Part shown: one piece after another, positions 10,076 to 18,657 of the stretch
How positions within the stretch are numbered: the stretch's first letter is position 1
Layout: the number at the start of each line of letters is the position of its first letter
Assembly: GCA_043813605.1 (NCBI GenBank)
Contig: JBDRKX010000004.1
Span: 1 to 35,650 of the forward strand
Source of the DNA: Elusimicrobiota bacterium
GTDB taxonomy: Bacteria > CG03 > SLGR01 > JBDRKX01
DNA length: 35,650 bases
Direction of reading: 5' to 3'
The notes under the pieces: generated by a model
Databases searched by the model: none
Told to the model about the DNA's origin: nothing
Seen by the model: the letters and a program-made list of their open reading frames with translations, nothing else
Translations under genes and position numbers: made by a program

Positions 10076-10154
10076 TCTTTATTTAGTTTTCAATGATCTC
10101 TTTTGTTCTTTGACAATCTGTTTCTTAACTTGACACATTATAGGATGTCTTTTA

Positions 10155-10326
10155 TTAAGTAATTACAGATATGAATCCGATAATAGCTCCCGTAACAGCG
10201 CCGCCCGGCCCAGGGATTACAGGTCAAAGGGCAGCTGCCGCCCGCGCATTTCAGGCTATAACCGACCCCTGCACCGACTACCCCTCCGATAAGTATACCC
10301 AGACCAGCTTTTAATATAATATTCAT
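10155..10326 (-). pseudogene. Small membrane protein (DUF6132-like) with a frameshift
   Basis: MNIILK...GYSLKCAGGSCPLTCNPW then a shift; the adjacent frame reads GGAVTGAIIGFISVIT*; start overlaps the iscU stop (ATGA). Confidence 0.7.
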
Positions 10327-10832
10327 TTCTCTTTTTGCTCTGATTGTGGCCTGCAATGGCATTCTTCTTTGGGCATAGCGCAATAAGGACATTTGCATGC
10401 ATCGCCTTCTTTGCAATTTGCTCCCGAATGCTGCTTATCGGAATCACCTGCTTCTGCTTGCCTGCCAGTCTTTTTCATATAATCCTTAATAGCTTCCTGT
10501 AACGCATCTGCACCCAGGTTAGAACAATGAAGTTTATTATCCGGAAGACCGTCAAGTTCTTCGGCTACATCTTTATTGGTTATCTTCATTGCCTCTTCTA
10601 AAGATTTTCCTTTTGCCATCTCGCTTATCATGCTTGAAACAGCTATCGCCGCCCCGCAGCCGAATGTCTTGAATTTCACATCTTCAAGAATATCATCTTT
10701 TACTTTTATATAGAATTCCATTATATCCCCGCATGCGGGATTGCCGACTCTTCCTATTCCGTCAGCGTCTTTTATCTCACCCACATTTCTCGGACTCATA
10801 AAATGGTCCATAACTTTTTTACTATATTGCAT
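10323..10832 (-). CDS. iscU: Fe-S cluster scaffold IscU/NifU with a Cys-rich tail
   Basis: YSKKVMDHF-x2-PRNVG, GNPACGD, FKTFGCGAAIA, KLHCSNL; AAGGAG RBS favours the ATG at 10832. Confidence 0.95.
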   Translation of the reverse strand: MQYSKKVMDHFMSPRNVGEIKDADGIGRVGNPACGDIMEFYIKVKDDILEDVKFKTFGCGAAIAVSSMISEMAKGKSLEEAMKITNKDVAEELDGLPDNKLHCSNLGADALQEAIKDYMKKTGRQAEAGDSDKQHSGANCKEGDACKCPYCAMPKEECHCRPQSEQKEK

Positions 10833-10852
10833 AATCAATCTCCTTAATTATT

Positions 10853-12016
10853 TTATTTTCCATTGTATAACGGTGACATCTGCCGTAGCTTTTCAACAAT
10901 AGGCGGGAAAACTTCCAAAAAATGATTTACATCTTCAACAGTATTGTCTATACCCATACTTAAAACCACCGATCCCTGCGCAAGCGCCTGATCGATACCG
11001 CAGGCAAGCAGTACATGAGAAGCTTTAAGCGCTTTCGATGTGCACGCGGAACCCGATGATACCGCCACCCCTTCAGTGTTCAGAAACAGTAGCATCCCTT
11101 CCCCTTCAATATACTCGACACAGAAACTCACATGGCCAGGGAGCCTGTTATCCCTGTCTCCCGTTATATAGATATTGCCCGTTTTCTGCGGTAACTCTTC
11201 TATGATCCTATTCCTCAAGGGAACAAGCTTTTCAGCCCTTTCCTGCATTTTATTCCTGCCTATTTCAGCGGCTTTTCCCATACCCACTATTGCCGGGATG
11301 TTTTCCGTACCGGAACGCACACCGGATTCCTGTATCCCGCCTTCAATAATAGGTAAGGATCTGACTCCTTTTCTCAAGTATAATGCCGCAGAACCTTTAG
11401 GACCGTAGAACGACTGGGCTGAGAGTGATAATGCATCCACACCCGATTCCTCTACATCTATCGCGATCTGGCCAGCTGCCGCCACGGCGTCTGTATGGAA
11501 TATTATGCCTTTCTCATTAAGTATTCCGGCTATTTCCTTTACCGGTTGTATCGTTCCTATCTCGCTGCTTGCCGTTGTAACAGATACTAGTATCGTATCA
11601 TCCCTCAGGTTCTTCTCTATTTCACCCGGATCAACCCGCCCGTATCTATCTACTCCAATTTGTGTAACCTCAAACCCTTCTTTCTCCAAGGTCTTAACAG
11701 GATGAAGAATCGAATAATGTTCGATGGGTGAAATAATAATATGATTACCTTTCTTCTTATTTGCCTTAACAATCCCTTTTATGGCGATATTGTTGCTTTC
11801 CGTACCTGAAGCGGTGAAATACACCCTGTCAGCTTTTGCGCCTATCAGATCAGAGACTTGTCCTCTCGCTTCTTCCAGAGCATCCTTTGTCTGGTTGCCC
11901 CAGGAATGTATACTCTGAGGATTACCGAATTTCTCCGTAAAATAAGGCAGCATGGCTTCTCTTGCTTCTTTCAAGACCGGACCGCCTGCTATATGATCAA
12001 AATATATTTTCTTCAT
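10853..12016 (-). CDS. iscS: Cysteine desulfurase (IscS/NifS type)
   Basis: FGNPQSIH, FTASGTESNN, HTDAV, RSGTEN, SSGSACTS; the PLP-lysine motif reads SAQSFYGPKG. Confidence 0.93.
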   Translation of the reverse strand: MKKIYFDHIAGGPVLKEAREAMLPYFTEKFGNPQSIHSWGNQTKDALEEARGQVSDLIGAKADRVYFTASGTESNNIAIKGIVKANKKKGNHIIISPIEHYSILHPVKTLEKEGFEVTQIGVDRYGRVDPGEIEKNLRDDTILVSVTTASSEIGTIQPVKEIAGILNEKGIIFHTDAVAAAGQIAIDVEESGVDALSLSAQSFYGPKGSAALYLRKGVRSLPIIEGGIQESGVRSGTENIPAIVGMGKAAEIGRNKMQERAEKLVPLRNRIIEELPQKTGNIYITGDRDNRLPGHVSFCVEYIEGEGMLLFLNTEGVAVSSGSACTSKALKASHVLLACGIDQALAQGSVVLSMGIDNTVEDVNHFLEVFPPIVEKLRQMSPLYNGK

Positions 12017-12052
12017 TATTGTAACCTTTTAATATTATAATTAATATTTACA

Positions 12053-12280
12053 TTACTTTTTTTTAATATAAAAGACAAATTCCCCCTCAATTTCCTCTGT
12101 ACCTACCAGTTCATTGCCTGTTTCACTACACCAGGCCGGAAAATCTTCTTTAGCACCTAGATCGTCTGCCGTTACCCTCAAAACCTCGCCTTGACTCATA
12201 TTCTCCATCTCCAGCTTCGTCTTGACTATGGGAAGAGGACAGTATAAACCGACACAATCCAGTTTATTGTCATAATCCAT
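12053..12280 (-). CDS. TusA-family sulfur carrier
   Basis: LDCVGLYCPLP...DFPAWC; AGGAG RBS favours the ATG at 12280. Confidence 0.9.
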   Translation of the reverse strand: MDYDNKLDCVGLYCPLPIVKTKLEMENMSQGEVLRVTADDLGAKEDFPAWCSETGNELVGTEEIEGEFVFYIKKK

Positions 12281-12291
12281 TATATTATCTC

Positions 12292-12765
12292 CTATATACA
12301 AAGGTTTATTTTTCCTTCTCTAGCTTCCTTTATATATGAAGCTGCTCCTACAATATCCTGAACTTCATCTATCATATTCTCTCTATCTACTCCCATAACA
12401 CTGCAGGAAGTAGAACATGCAAGAAATTTTACTTTTAATTCCTTGGCCATTTCGAACAACTCTTCTATTCCTGGTGATTTCGTCTTTTTCATCAGTTTTT
12501 CCATCATCCACGGTCCCATCCCCAGCATATTCAGACTGCTCAAAGGAAGAGCATCCATTCTTTTCGGGATCATGAACTCAAGCATCTTCTGAAACAAACC
12601 TTTCTTTGAATATTTTTTACCCTTCTTAAGAAAACTCAATCCCCAGAAAGTAAAGAACACGGTCACATCCATATCCATGGCTGCTGCCGTTGTGGCCAGG
12701 GTAAGCATGGCAATCGCTTTATCCATTGTCCCGCTAAAAAATATGATCGTCATTTTTTCCTTCAT
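12292..12765 (-). CDS. DsrE/DsrF/DrsH-like protein
   Basis: FSGTMDKA, VFFTFWGL, LPLSSLNMLGMG, ACSTS. Confidence 0.9.
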   Translation of the reverse strand: MKEKMTIIFFSGTMDKAIAMLTLATTAAAMDMDVTVFFTFWGLSFLKKGKKYSKKGLFQKMLEFMIPKRMDALPLSSLNMLGMGPWMMEKLMKKTKSPGIEELFEMAKELKVKFLACSTSCSVMGVDRENMIDEVQDIVGAASYIKEAREGKINLCI

Positions 12766-13613
12766 TTAACTTCTCCCTTTATTCCGATTTGTACAGCACA
12801 AAACGGTATCTTTTTACCTGATTTTTCTATTGCATTCTGTACGCCGGCAACCAGACCGTGACAACATGGCACTTCCATATACAGCACTGTTATACTCTTA
12901 GGATCTCCATCTTTGAAAATCTGTGCCATTTTTTCGATGTATAAGTCTATATCATCCAGTTTCGGGCATCCCATTAATACAACCTTATCCTTCACATAAT
13001 CCTGATGGTAAGATGCATAGGCAAAAGGCACACAATCTGCAGTGATCAGGAGATCCGCATTCTTAAAATAAGATGCTTGCGGATTGACAAGCATCAGCTG
13101 CACAGGCCAGTTGCGCAGTTGGGATGATATTTTTTCATGCGGTTTTTCAGTCTTTTCCGGCTCATCCTTTTTTTCATCCCATGACATTGTTTGCGCACTC
13201 GGGCACCCACACTCAGCATGTTTATCCTGATGCATTTCTGCAACAAATTCTTCTACTGGAAAATCAACATTATTTTCTACGATATACTCCATTGCTTTAT
13301 GAAGGTATTCCTTCTCCCCGTGTTCTTTCAGATGTTTAAGATGTGCTTTTATCGTATTTGTACCGGCTTTTACTATATTTTCCATTACTTTCTTCTCATC
13401 ATAAGGTTCGGCTTCCCTTTCTTCCACATCAATAGCATCCACCGGGCACGAGCCGACACATGCCCCCAACCCGTCGCAAAACAGGTCACTGACCAGGCGG
13501 GCTTTTCCGTCGATCAACTGGAGCGCGCCTTCAGGACAATCAGGTATACAATCCCCACAACCCGTACATTTTTCTTCATCGATCTTTATTATTTTTCTTT
13601 TTAAATCAGGCAT
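12762..13613 (-). CDS. 4Fe-4S dicluster-binding protein
   Basis: CTGCGDCIPDCPEG, CDGLGACVGSCP, CGCP, WPVQL, ADC, GCPKLD, MEVPCC. Confidence 0.9.
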   Translation of the reverse strand: MPDLKRKIIKIDEEKCTGCGDCIPDCPEGALQLIDGKARLVSDLFCDGLGACVGSCPVDAIDVEEREAEPYDEKKVMENIVKAGTNTIKAHLKHLKEHGEKEYLHKAMEYIVENNVDFPVEEFVAEMHQDKHAECGCPSAQTMSWDEKKDEPEKTEKPHEKISSQLRNWPVQLMLVNPQASYFKNADLLITADCVPFAYASYHQDYVKDKVVLMGCPKLDDIDLYIEKMAQIFKDGDPKSITVLYMEVPCCHGLVAGVQNAIEKSGKKIPFCAVQIGIKGEVK

Positions 13614-13631
13614 TTACGCCTCCTTATATTT

Positions 13632-14051
13632 TCAGGCATCCATTTTCATCTGTTTTTCGGCCAGTTCACTGAGTTTAACATGCAGGCTTTTTTCAATAGA
13701 TGATTCCAGTTCTCTCCAAAGGTTTCTTGAAGCGCATTTTTTTGATTTATTGCACAATTTCGGATCTTCTACACATTCCCTGACAGATAACCCTCCTTCC
13801 AGTGCGTTCACTATATCAGACGCATATATCCCGACGGGGGAACGGGAAAGGATATAGCCGCTGTGCCCGCCTCCCGCATTCCTTACTAACCCAGTCAGTT
13901 TCAGAATTGTTATTATCTGATCCATGTATTTTAATGACAGATCCTGCCTGCTGCACAGATCTTTAAGCAGTACAGGCTCTTTCATTGAAGAATGTATAGC
14001 TAGGTCTATCATAGCCCTCAACCCGTATCGTGCTCTGGTTGATACTTTCAC
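13632..14051 (-). CDS. Rrf2-family (IscR-like) regulator
   Basis: STRARYGLRAMIDLA, winged HTH, three Cys (C-x6-C-x5-C). Confidence 0.92.
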   Translation of the reverse strand: MKVSTRARYGLRAMIDLAIHSSMKEPVLLKDLCSRQDLSLKYMDQIITILKLTGLVRNAGGGHSGYILSRSPVGIYASDIVNALEGGLSVRECVEDPKLCNKSKKCASRNLWRELESSIEKSLHVKLSELAEKQMKMDA

Positions 14052-14069
14052 TTTTCCCTCCTATTCTAT

Positions 14070-14120
14070 TAATTCTACTACTTTACTTGAATTATATTAT
14101 AAAAAATATATCCCTGTCAA
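14070..14120 (-). promoter_or_regulatory. Promoter of the rrf2 operon and candidate Rrf2 operator
   Basis: TTGACA (14120-14115), 18-bp spacer, TATAAT (14096-14091); palindrome TAATTC-N13-GAATTA (14070-14094) spans the expected start site. Confidence 0.65.
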
Positions 14121-14153
14121 TTGTTTCGTTTATCCACCGAAATCGACAGAGAT
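14101..14153 (-). terminator. Intrinsic terminator-like hairpin after the 25-aa ORF
   Basis: Minus strand ATCTCTGTCGATT pairs with AATTGACAGGGAT (13 bp, two G-U), followed by ATATTTTTT. Confidence 0.6.
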
Positions 14154-14165
14154 TCTATGGGCAGT

Positions 14166-14243
14166 TTAGTGTCTTGCCCAGGACTTTATAAAGCAGCCGT
14201 CACTACAATGCGCTACTCTTGGAACTAAAAATCTAAATTTCAT
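14166..14243 (-). CDS. Unannotated 25-aa peptide MKFRFLVPRVAHCSDGCFIKSWARH
   Basis: AAGGAGGT Shine-Dalgarno (14258-14251) 7 nt before the ATG; hairpin and U-tract follow the stop. Confidence 0.65.
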   Translation of the reverse strand: MKFRFLVPRVAHCSDGCFIKSWARH

Positions 14244-14663
14244 TTAATTTACCTCCTTTGTTTTTACCTTTTAATTATTAGATGCAAAATACCCCGATAG
14301 GATTCAATAATCAATATTTTATATAACAATCGACAGCAATAGCAACAAGCAGACAACAACCAAGATGCATACAAGACTTTATTTGTGAGTTCCTTGCACA
14401 CAAACATAATTGTGTATTAGCTAGTAATAATGCTAATAATAAGCAACTTGATGTTTTCATGTTTTTTAATTTCTATATCGCACAAATACATCCCTAACCC
14501 GGTACCCAGATGCTCTTTCTATTTATCTGGTCGAATTCCCATAATATGCTTATTTTTGATTGCATCACCCTTGATAATTTAGTACCCGATCTTTTATAAT
14601 ATTAAACTAAATCCATACTTTCTGTTATCATAAATATTTTCCAGGTATTATAGCATTCTCTTT

Positions 14664-15680
14664 TCAGCTTTTTCTGAGTATAAGATTATAGAATGACGGG
14701 TTGATGATAAGCTCTTCGTTACGCATACGCTCAAACATATCTTTTGTGGGATCGTTTGCCCGTACTGTATCGAGATCCGCGCTGTTGTACGGTTCATAAT
14801 AATAATCGGCTATAATCAGGCCCGTTCCTTCAAGCAATGATCTGATCTTGTCCGGATTATAGTTTTCGGCAATAGGATGAGCGAATCCGTCATAGACCAT
14901 AGTGTTACCCGTACGCGTGTAATAATCATACCCTTTGTCTTTTACAGCATCCCAAAGACTTCTTAAAAGTTTCTTATCCGGTTCAAAATATGAAAACACG
15001 GTATGAGGCAGGCCTGGTTTGCTATAGTAGGAAAGTTTTTTATAGAGGTCAGCGCGTTTTACGAGGTTCCTGTCGTCAGGATATATCCTGCGTATACCTT
15101 TTCTTATATTGGTCTCCAGGTACCGGTTCCCGTAATTCGAATACAAAAACAACCACATAACAGCTCCGGTATTCATCAATTCCGATATTCTCCGCAAAGC
15201 TTTTTTCGGGTTATCCATATGGTGGAGCACTCCCCGGCATTGGACAAGATCGAATTTACCCAGTTTAAAGATATTGTCGTTTATAATATCAGTTTGCTTG
15301 AAATCTATGTTGCCTATTCTAAAATGTTCTTTTAATAGCCGGGCGTAATGTATACTTTTTTCGGAAAAATCTATTCCGGTTACTTCGGCCAACCTGAAAG
15401 CCGAACCGCAATGCAGTGTCTTTTCTCCCGTTCCGCATCCCGCATCGAGTATTCTTATCCTCGTACCGGGATTCGGGCAGTTTTCCCTGAACCTTGTCTG
15501 CATTATACGGTATGCGCTCTTATGGCTGAATTCTCTTTTTAAGGCGAGATGCGTATAGAATTTCTTTACTGTGGTGTTCTTTTCTTCAAGCAACCGTATG
15601 AACCTTCCCGGGAACGGAGCGTATTCCGAATACATCCGGCTGACATGTTCAGAGGATTTCATTGAGTTCATCACTGTCAT
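14664..15680 (-). CDS. Class I SAM-dependent methyltransferase
   Basis: ILDAGCGTGE, GIDFSEKSI, FDLVQCRGVLHHM. Confidence 0.9.
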   Translation of the reverse strand: MTVMNSMKSSEHVSRMYSEYAPFPGRFIRLLEEKNTTVKKFYTHLALKREFSHKSAYRIMQTRFRENCPNPGTRIRILDAGCGTGEKTLHCGSAFRLAEVTGIDFSEKSIHYARLLKEHFRIGNIDFKQTDIINDNIFKLGKFDLVQCRGVLHHMDNPKKALRRISELMNTGAVMWLFLYSNYGNRYLETNIRKGIRRIYPDDRNLVKRADLYKKLSYYSKPGLPHTVFSYFEPDKKLLRSLWDAVKDKGYDYYTRTGNTMVYDGFAHPIAENYNPDKIRSLLEGTGLIIADYYYEPYNSADLDTVRANDPTKDMFERMRNEELIINPSFYNLILRKS

Positions 15681-16747
15681 ATCCGTTTATTCGCGTTCAA
15701 ATGAACGGGCAGGATATTCTTATCACTGTACCTTCCGGTAGTTTCTGTTGTTTCTATTATCTTCTGCATCATCCGTACGCATAATATTGGGTATTTCCCT
15801 ATAGAAGTCTCCCCTGACAGCATCAGGATGCCCGCACCATCGTAGATCGCATTGGCTATATCCGAAACATCTGATCTTTTCGGACGCGGATCGTCTATCA
15901 TGGATTCCAGCATCTGGGTCGCAACTATAACCGGTTTTGAAACAGCCCTGCATTTTTCTATGAATACTTTCTGGATCTCCGGGATCTTCCAGGGTTCTAG
16001 TTCTACTCCCAGATCACCGCGCGCGACCATTATGGCATCAGTGGCTTCAAGTATCTCATCAAATGCCCTGACTCCTTCCGGATTCTCGATCTTTGATATT
16101 ATTCCTATACCTGTTCCGTCAAGCCGGGCCCGGAGTTCGCGGACATCTTCGGAATTTCTCTCAAAACTATCGGCAATATAATCAACATTGTTTTCTATTC
16201 CGAATTTTATAAGAAGCACATCGTCTTCTACAGTATAAGGAAAATCTATTACGGTATCAGGATGATTTATCCCTTTTCTTGAACGGAGCACAGCGCCATA
16301 CAGCACTTCACAATCGATCATCCTGCCATTCACAGATACAATACGCAGGCCTATAAGTCCGTCATCAAGCAGAAGCCGTTCTCCGGGTTTAACATATAGA
16401 TGCATATCGTCATATGTAACGGGTATTTCCCGGGAAGGATCATCAGCGTAAGGATACCCGGCACTATTTTTGTCAGCACCGGTTTTTAGTGTGATTCTCA
16501 TCCCTGAGTTAAGATGCACGGGCGCACTCAAATCGCCTATTCTTATTTTGGGGCCTTTGATATCATAGACAACAAATATGCTGTCTGAGATCACTCTTGT
16601 CTTTTTTATGATATCCTCATGCTGGCTGAGATTGCCATGAGAACTGTTTATCCTTATACCTGAAAGACCTGCTTCATATAATTCCGCGATCCTGTCTGCT
16701 GAAGAAGGCCCTATGGTACACAAAATCTGAGTTTTACTGTTTATCAT
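15677..16747 (-). CDS. pyk: Pyruvate kinase, short form without the C-terminal domain
   Basis: TIGPSS, RINSSHG, KGPKIR, IISKIEN, IMVARGDLGVE, VATQMLESM, MLSGET; 356 aa. Confidence 0.92.
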   Translation of the reverse strand: MINSKTQILCTIGPSSADRIAELYEAGLSGIRINSSHGNLSQHEDIIKKTRVISDSIFVVYDIKGPKIRIGDLSAPVHLNSGMRITLKTGADKNSAGYPYADDPSREIPVTYDDMHLYVKPGERLLLDDGLIGLRIVSVNGRMIDCEVLYGAVLRSRKGINHPDTVIDFPYTVEDDVLLIKFGIENNVDYIADSFERNSEDVRELRARLDGTGIGIISKIENPEGVRAFDEILEATDAIMVARGDLGVELEPWKIPEIQKVFIEKCRAVSKPVIVATQMLESMIDDPRPKRSDVSDIANAIYDGAGILMLSGETSIGKYPILCVRMMQKIIETTETTGRYSDKNILPVHLNANKRI

Positions 16748-16792
16748 TGTTACCTGAGATACCTCGTAAGCCTGATAGTCTTATTAGAGTTT

Positions 16793-17638
16793 TTAACAAT
16801 ACTTATAGCTGAGAAGTTTGTATATCAGTTTGGCGGCAAGGAAATCCGGCGCCTTGTTTTCAGACGGCGAGAGTTCAACGACATCCGCGCCGATGATATT
16901 CTTTGTCCGGGCAACTTTTTTTAAAAGGCCGCTTACACTATACCAGTCAAGCCCGCCCGGTTCAGGGGTGCCTGTAGAAGGCATAATAGAAGGATCAAAA
17001 ACATCCAGATCGATCGTGATATAGACATCCGGAAAGAGTTCATCAAGCACTTTCTCGTACCAGTCAACCGGACCCTGGATATCTTTCGCATAGAACATCT
17101 TTTTACTGTTTATGTTATCCCGTTCGGATGAATCCATTGACCTGACTCCTACTGAGACCACATTCTCTGCCACCTCTTTCACCCTGGCTATGACTGAAGC
17201 GTGAGAATACTTGTTGCCCTCATAAGAATCCCTTGTATCCGCATGCGCGTCAAGATGTAATACCGACAGATCCTTATTTTCAGCATGTGCCCTGATAAAT
17301 CCGGTAGTTATAGAATGTTCTCCACCTACACCCACAACGAATTTATCCTCTTCATTGAACTTCAGCACCTTTTCTTTTACCGCCAACAGCATCTTTTCGG
17401 AATCATCTTCGGTGATCTCTTTCCCGGTATATATACCTTTTTTATATACTTCGGAATCCGTTTCAATATCATAGAGTTCCATGTTTTGGGAAGCTTTTAT
17501 GACGGCATCAGGGCCTTTATCGGCTCCTTTCTGCCAGGTACTGGTCTTATCAAACGGGACAGGCAGTATTACTATAGAGGATTTTTCGTATGAAGAATAT
17601 TCTTCCGGCAACCCGCCGAAATTATAGGGCAGGTCCAT
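16793..17638 (-). CDS. speB: Agmatinase
   Basis: GGEHSIT, DAHADTRD, SHAS, TIDLDVFDPS-x2-PSTGTPEPGG. Confidence 0.95.
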   Translation of the reverse strand: MDLPYNFGGLPEEYSSYEKSSIVILPVPFDKTSTWQKGADKGPDAVIKASQNMELYDIETDSEVYKKGIYTGKEITEDDSEKMLLAVKEKVLKFNEEDKFVVGVGGEHSITTGFIRAHAENKDLSVLHLDAHADTRDSYEGNKYSHASVIARVKEVAENVVSVGVRSMDSSERDNINSKKMFYAKDIQGPVDWYEKVLDELFPDVYITIDLDVFDPSIMPSTGTPEPGGLDWYSVSGLLKKVARTKNIIGADVVELSPSENKAPDFLAAKLIYKLLSYKYC

Positions 17639-17644
17639 ATATTG

Positions 17645-18193
17645 TTAGTCCATTATAAAGACTGCAACCGCAACAACAGAGGTCCACAATCCGTCTTTAT
17701 TGCCTGTTACACATTTGGAGATATTCTCTGTTCTGAAAATATGGCCGCTCGCCTTGTATATCTGTTTCCTTTCATCCCATGCCTGATCCGGGTCAAACGG
17801 TACGCCGAGTGTCGTTGCCAGCATCGTTGCTGCCAGATCTTCCGCATATTCACCGGCTTTTTTTGCATCTTCGCCATACGCGTGATGTTCCGACAGATAT
17901 CCGTAATAAGTCCTGTTCTGAGGTGCGGCAATACCTATTGACGCTGACAACATCCTATACGGTTCGTTTGTCTGGTTCATAGCCATGACACAGAAAGTGA
18001 TATGTCCCGGCAGCAGGTATTCCAGCCCTTTATTCCTGGATATTATCTTGCATTTAGGAGGGAGGATACTCGATACGGTCACAAGATTGCATTTTTCTAT
18101 ACCGGCGTCCCTGAGCGCCACCTCGAACGAAGCCAACTTGTCTTTATGTACTCCTGCGCCTCTAGTTAAAAAAAGTTTGTTGGGAATCAGCAT
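17645..18193 (-). CDS. pdaD: Pyruvoyl-dependent arginine decarboxylase
   Basis: [27 protein letters not shown] with the Ser-Ser cleavage site; YGYLSEHH; start at 18193 inferred (track gives 18229). Confidence 0.9.
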   Translation of the reverse strand: MLIPNKLFLTRGAGVHKDKLASFEVALRDAGIEKCNLVTVSSILPPKCKIISRNKGLEYLLPGHITFCVMAMNQTNEPYRMLSASIGIAAPQNRTYYGYLSEHHAYGEDAKKAGEYAEDLAATMLATTLGVPFDPDQAWDERKQIYKASGHIFRTENISKCVTGNKDGLWTSVVAVAVFIMD

Positions 18194-18216
18194 TTTTTGT
18201 TGAGTTCTTTCGGCTG

Positions 18217-18558
18217 TCATGCCTTCCATTGTCCTTTATGATACGCATAGTTGGCTATAAGAGGTAATGCGACAGTCGCTTCCGAAAAGACGATCTGTTC
18301 ATACCCTTCATCTACCTTGCCCCATGAATGGGCCTCTTTCAGCGTTGATCCTGAAAGCCCCCCGTCCCTTTCATCAACTACCGTTATCTGAACATCATAT
18401 TTATTCATACTGACATCTTCACCGAGTATGTCGGCGGCTATTACAAGGTCACTTGCCTGAAAAGCGGTTCTACTGTATTGCTCGATTATATCGACAGTAT
18501 TGAAACTTTTTATATCTATATGCTCTATCTCTTTTTGTAAATAATCTTTCTTTTCCAT
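18217..18558 (-). pseudogene. Deoxyhypusine-synthase-like (homospermidine synthase type) gene with a large in-frame deletion
   Basis: N-terminal IEHIDIKSF...TAFQA joined directly to C-terminal QIT-x2-DERDGGLSGSTLKEA-x-SWGKVD; only 113 aa. Confidence 0.85.
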
Positions 18559-18657
18559 TATTCACTTATTCTCTTAAAATATTCTCTGAAAACCACAATC
18601 ACAAGTAACCTTATATAATAGATTTTCTATACTTTTGTCAATACACCAATTATAATA

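Larger units (their letters stand above)
8528..10150 (+). mobile_element. Complete IS110-family insertion sequence bounded by CT cores (8528-8529 and 10149-10150)
   Basis: Joining the right end to the left end over CT gives TTGACA-N17-TATAAT; subterminal inverted repeat TATAATGT (8532-8539) / ACATTATA (10135-10142); excision restores stop-RBS-ATG of the host operon. Confidence 0.88.

Noticed and set aside
8710..10159. 9-bp direct repeat TTTATTAAG (8710-8718 and 10151-10159) as an IS110 TSD
   Set aside because: It would cut the structured RNA in half, and IS110 elements do not make long TSDs. The CT-core boundary gives a consensus promoter, subterminal IRs and a restored operon.
10138..10447. 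Track ORFs of 92 and 63 aa
   Set aside because: They are alternative frames over iscU and the frameshifted DUF6132-like gene.
14311..14460. 49-aa Cys-rich ORF MKTSSCLLL... on the minus strand
   Set aside because: No RBS and low-complexity AT-rich sequence; probably chance.
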